A program made the position numbers and the translations under genes. Shown here piece by piece: positions 7,999 through 10,839 of a stretch of DNA of 10,839 nucleotides. The notes under the pieces are model-generated. The model ran no database searches. It worked only from the letters and a program-made list of their open reading frames with translations, and was not told where the DNA came from. Source of the DNA: Oligoflexales bacterium. GTDB taxonomy: Bacteria; Bdellovibrionota_B; Oligoflexia; Oligoflexales; RGVZ01. The stretch spans positions 1 through 10,839 of the forward strand of contig JBIIGV010000095.1 of the NCBI GenBank assembly GCA_044236265.1. Reading direction: 5' to 3'. Position 1 is the stretch's first letter, and each line of letters starts with the position of its first letter.

Positions 7999-9092
7999 GC
8001 TGGAAGTTCTCCCGGCGCTTCACCCAATAGAGCATAGATGCGATTGCGATCAACGCCGGTCGCTGCAAGAAGTTGCGCTATGCGGCACTCGACAATACGC
8101 GTTATTATGTCAACAGACTTAAATGAACAACATGATCTAAATTCAAGAGTCCCATACCTCGTTGGCCTGATATATGACATATCTCTTACAGGAAAAAACG
8201 GATCCATAGGGAACAGACGAGGGGATTGGTTCATTTGATTCACCAAAGCCTGTAAATTATTTGCCGGAAAAGTTGGATATGTATGCAGTAAATATTCTTT
8301 ACCTAGTGTATCGGCATACATTTTTGTTCGGGCATTATCATAAACCTGACCATGAAATCTATTCGCGCGCGTGAATTTACGGCTAACGAGATGATCCAAA
8401 TTATACAATATCGGAAGGTATTTAAGTGACTCCTCAGAACTCGCGTTCAAATGGACGTGAGTTGAGGCAATATAAGCGGGAAAAAATGGATCCTGAGTCG
8501 GTCTTCGCTCTGATTTTACCATAAATGTATTTGTTATACCCCTAAGCCTAGGCACAGAGACCAAGTCCATGTTTCTTGGGGGAGTGGGCAGACAGCTAAT
8601 GTCGAGTCGCTCCAAATTTACAGCAGCCAATGCTTCGTCAACCTCTGAAAAAATCTGACCAATAAGATCTCTCAGCTGAGATACAGATCTCCTTGGAGGC
8701 AGAGACACCTCGAGAATATGCCAAGCAAAGTCCGGTTTAATCGTAACATAACCAATGTCGGTATCTTTACTCACACGACCTGGTTGATCCGTAATGCCAC
8801 GGTCTACGTAACCAAATTTCTCCATCAAAATTTTAGTCATTAGAATATATTCGGAACGGGTTGCTAAACGAATCTCCTGGTTAGTCCTCTGGGCGATGAA
8901 ATACTCAACCTCTAGCCCGATTGTTAAATTGGATTCCTCATAGTTCCAAAAAGGAACTTTTTTTTGTAAGAAAAGATGCTGGCGTAATTTCTCAACCGTC
9001 ATGAGATCTGGCTTAAAGATGCTACTTTCACAATTTTCCATTTCCACCCCCAACGTTGATGCGATCTGTTTCGGATAATTAATCGGGATCAT
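7995..9092 (-). CDS. Glutamate-cysteine ligase family 2 (GCS2)-like / GS-fold ATP-dependent carboxylate-amine ligase
   Basis: Motifs occur in the expected order: TIGLEVEY (ExE), ILEVSLPP, STHVHLN (HxH) and YIRPTRYGTLEFRS (R…TxExR). The start is uncertain: ATG 9092, or ATG 9041 behind GGGGGTGG. Confidence 0.8.
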   Translation of the reverse strand: MIPINYPKQIASTLGVEMENCESSIFKPDLMTVEKLRQHLFLQKKVPFWNYEESNLTIGLEVEYFIAQRTNQEIRLATRSEYILMTKILMEKFGYVDRGITDQPGRVSKDTDIGYVTIKPDFAWHILEVSLPPRRSVSQLRDLIGQIFSEVDEALAAVNLERLDISCLPTPPRNMDLVSVPRLRGITNTFMVKSERRPTQDPFFPAYIASTHVHLNASSEESLKYLPILYNLDHLVSRKFTRANRFHGQVYDNARTKMYADTLGKEYLLHTYPTFPANNLQALVNQMNQSPRLFPMDPFFPVRDMSYIRPTRYGTLEFRSCCSFKSVDIITRIVECRIAQLLAATGVDRNRIYALLGEAPGELPA

Positions 9093-9132
9093 TAACGCTC
9101 AAGATCGACTTCACCGTATCGTTACTTGGTGG

Positions 9133-9234
9133 TCAGTCGACACAACTCGGCCAAATCGATGTTTTGTTACTCCGGGGTAAAGAATCAGTCTTTTGACGAT
9201 GGCGATATTTCGTGATTAGTTTCATTGATCTCAT
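9133..9234 (-). CDS. Small 33-aa peptide MRSMKLITKYRHRQKTDSLPRSNKTSIWPSCVD (candidate precursor/signal peptide; not in the ORF track)
   Basis: Translated by hand from ATG (9234) to TGA (9135-9133). SD GAGGTG at 9249-9244 lies 9 nt before the ATG, and a second in-frame ATG is at 9225. The ORF is co-oriented with the ligase gene and ends 40 nt before it. Confidence 0.6.
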   Translation of the reverse strand: MRSMKLITKYRHRQKTDSLPRSNKTSIWPSCVD

Positions 9235-9325
9235 ACCTTTGATCACCTCGTCCTGTTACAGACGAAAAAATACATTCCGAGCATTTTTTTGCTAGTTTGT
9301 CAGCTTGAACCAGAAACATTGACCA

Positions 9326-9348
9326 ATGATCTAATAAGCTTAGATCAT
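9326..9348. promoter_or_regulatory. Perfect 9-bp inverted repeat in the divergent promoter region (operator candidate)
   Basis: ATGATCTAA-taagc-TTAGATCAT lies roughly midway between the divergent starts at 9234 (-) and 9434 (+). Confidence 0.55.
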
Positions 9349-9433
9349 AGAAGGAGCTCCGCATCAATTGAAGACCCTACGAAGACCAACTTGCCCCTCG
9401 TCGAATGTAAGAAAACGGCACGGAGGATGTTTA

Positions 9434-10171
9434 ATGACCGACAATCGTAAACTGATTTTAAGCTATTCGAACATCGCTTTCGCCGCTGACACCATCGCTC
9501 AATCCCAACAGGAAGGATTCGAACTCGTTCCATCAAAAGGAAAGTCTCGAATTATTGACGAAATTATATCTTTAAAGCCTTTTGCTGTTGCAATTGATGG
9601 GGTCTATTGCGAATCGAGATCAATGAAGGCAACATTTCTTTTGCAAAAGATTCGTCACGTTGTACAAACGACACCGGTATTCTTATTTAATTCAGATGAC
9701 GCAGATCATGTAAAGCTTATGGCTGACGACTTGGTCTACGCCGTCATAACAGGACCGGCTGATCTTGGTAAACTTACCTGCGCAATCAAGAAATACATCA
9801 ACACACCCAAGAGGGGTGGACGATCCGAAAGAGTTAGAAGCCAGGTTCAACTTCCATGTCTACTTAAGAAACTAGGAACGTCAGGTCTCATGCAAGGGAA
9901 GATTTGTGATCTCAGTCCCAAAGGAATGAAAATTTTACTTGAGCGTCCGTGCGATGATTGGAGTACCGGGGATGAACTACGTTTCTCAATCCCGAAAAAG
10001 AGCGATACAACATCACATCTAGACGGATACGGCCACCTCCGCTGGTCACAAAAACAGGAGGTTGGCAATGGCTTTGTCAACGTCCACCTGGGAGTTGAGT
10101 TCAGCCAGCTGCCGCTGCCAACTCTTTACGAGTTTCTCGATCTATTGAATAACACCAGAGCAGCTGCATAA
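9434..10171 (+). CDS. Degenerate receiver-like domain fused to a C-terminal PilZ domain (245 aa)
   Basis: GGAGG at 9422-9426 supports ATG 9434 over the track's TTG 9368. A receiver-like beta/alpha pattern (KPFAVAIDG…LLQKIR…TPVFLF…VITGP) is followed by PilZ features GKICDLSPKGM…GHLRW…HLGVEF. Confidence 0.75.
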   Translation: MTDNRKLILSYSNIAFAADTIAQSQQEGFELVPSKGKSRIIDEIISLKPFAVAIDGVYCESRSMKATFLLQKIRHVVQTTPVFLFNSDDADHVKLMADDLVYAVITGPADLGKLTCAIKKYINTPKRGGRSERVRSQVQLPCLLKKLGTSGLMQGKICDLSPKGMKILLERPCDDWSTGDELRFSIPKKSDTTSHLDGYGHLRWSQKQEVGNGFVNVHLGVEFSQLPLPTLYEFLDLLNNTRAAA

Positions 10172-10196
10172 TCGCCAATCTTGGGGATCAATAAAC

Positions 10197-10703
10197 ATGA
10201 GAGCCAGGAAACGCTTCCAATTAATCCCTCCGCTTGGGTTTCTGCTTATTCCATGGAGCTCCGTCGTTAAAAGTGAGGATGTCGACCTTCGTCTTGAGGT
10301 CGAAGGAACCATCCAACCACAGCCAACATGGCGCGATGAAACGAACATGATTATCACAAATCTTACATTTAACTTCGAAGGCATCGCTAATCCGAACCGC
10401 ATCAACAAAGATGTCGACTCTGAACCAAAGTATGCAAAACTCGTCGATGCGGGCAAGCAATTGCTCACACCAATCGAACTCTATCGCCCGAAAAAATGCC
10501 GGATCGGCGAAACAGGCATTGACGATGCCCATGTTCAGTTTATCCACAACAATCATGTCCATCGCCAAGATGCCCAAATTCTAATTATGCAGTACCGGCT
10601 CCATGAACTTAAGATTCGCTTTGCGTCTCAGGGATCCTACGGCGGATTATCTGGCACCGTAAGATGTGATCTCCCAGGCATGCTGCGGTATACATACGAC
10701 TAA
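10197..10703 (+). CDS. Putative secreted beta-rich protein (168 aa)
   Basis: Basic N-region (MRARKR) plus a hydrophobic stretch suggests a signal peptide. It has two Cys and a C-terminus LRYTYD. GGGGA lies upstream of the ATG. Confidence 0.7.
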   Translation: MRARKRFQLIPPLGFLLIPWSSVVKSEDVDLRLEVEGTIQPQPTWRDETNMIITNLTFNFEGIANPNRINKDVDSEPKYAKLVDAGKQLLTPIELYRPKKCRIGETGIDDAHVQFIHNNHVHRQDAQILIMQYRLHELKIRFASQGSYGGLSGTVRCDLPGMLRYTYD

Positions 10704-10721
10704 TAGAAAACCAGGTTTCTT

Positions 10722-10839
10722 ATGAGAGTTCTAATTGTCGCGCTTTCACTTGGATTATCTGCCACTAGCCATTCACAGGATCTGAACACCTTGACCTTTC
10801 ATGTCGATGACACTGACAAAGAGATAAAACTCCCGAATG
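10722..10839 (+). CDS. Putative secreted protein, 3'-truncated (MRVLIVALSLGLSATSHSQDLNTLTFHVDDTDKEIKLPN…)
   Basis: ATG lies 18 nt after the previous stop with AGGT upstream. The N-terminus is Sec signal-peptide-like and the frame is open to the window end. Confidence 0.65.
   Translation, partial: MRVLIVALSLGLSATSHSQDLNTLTFHVDDTDKEIKLPN

Noticed and set aside
3515..8238. Short ORFs nested in or antisense to the PilZ, cyclase and ligase genes
   Set aside because: They overlap long motif-bearing CDSs and are best explained as shadows.
9265..9290. AAAAAATAC…GCATTTTTTT terminator/attenuator-like element upstream of the peptide ORF
   Set aside because: The stem is almost entirely A-T and too weak to call. 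More likely promoter A/T tracts.
9185..9536. Track ORFs 9185-9367 (-), 9345-9536 (-) and the 9368 TTG extension
   Set aside because: They lack SD support, run across the promoter palindrome, and conflict with the better-supported starts at 9234 (-) and 9434 (+).
9847..10577. Minus-strand ORFs 9847-10080, 10142-10468 and 10221-10577
   Set aside because: Antisense to better-supported plus-strand genes.
1..10839. CRISPR array, tRNA/rRNA, IS or integrase, att sites
   Set aside because: No regularly spaced direct repeats, cloverleaf motifs, transposase/recombinase ORFs or flanking direct repeats were seen.

Overview
Bacterial chromosomal window, most likely Bdellovibrionota/Oligoflexia-like (inferred from the TIGR02147-type regulator, several PilZ proteins and a sigma-54-type promoter). 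In order it contains: the 3' part of clpB; a bidirectional terminator; a small hypothetical gene behind a well-spaced sigma-54 -24/-12 motif; a TIGR02147/DUF4423-like HTH protein; a minus-strand operon with overlapping start/stop codons; and a divergent plus-strand run (pseudo-receiver-PilZ protein and two secreted proteins). The most interesting part is the minus-strand operon (9234->3234). It begins with a 33-aa ORF missing from the ORF track that has a good Shine-Dalgarno (MRSMKLITKYRHRQKTDSLPRSNKTSIWPSCVD). This is followed by a glutamate-cysteine-ligase-family (GCS2 / GS-fold) carboxylate-amine ligase, a membrane receptor-type GAF-containing class III nucleotide cyclase with N->D and R->K catalytic substitutions, and a tandem-PilZ protein with a possible GNAT-like C-terminal domain. 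This looks like a candidate undescribed 'peptide + amidoligase + receptor cyclase + c-di-GMP effector' signalling or RiPP-like system. All family calls come from reading motifs by eye; no searches were run.
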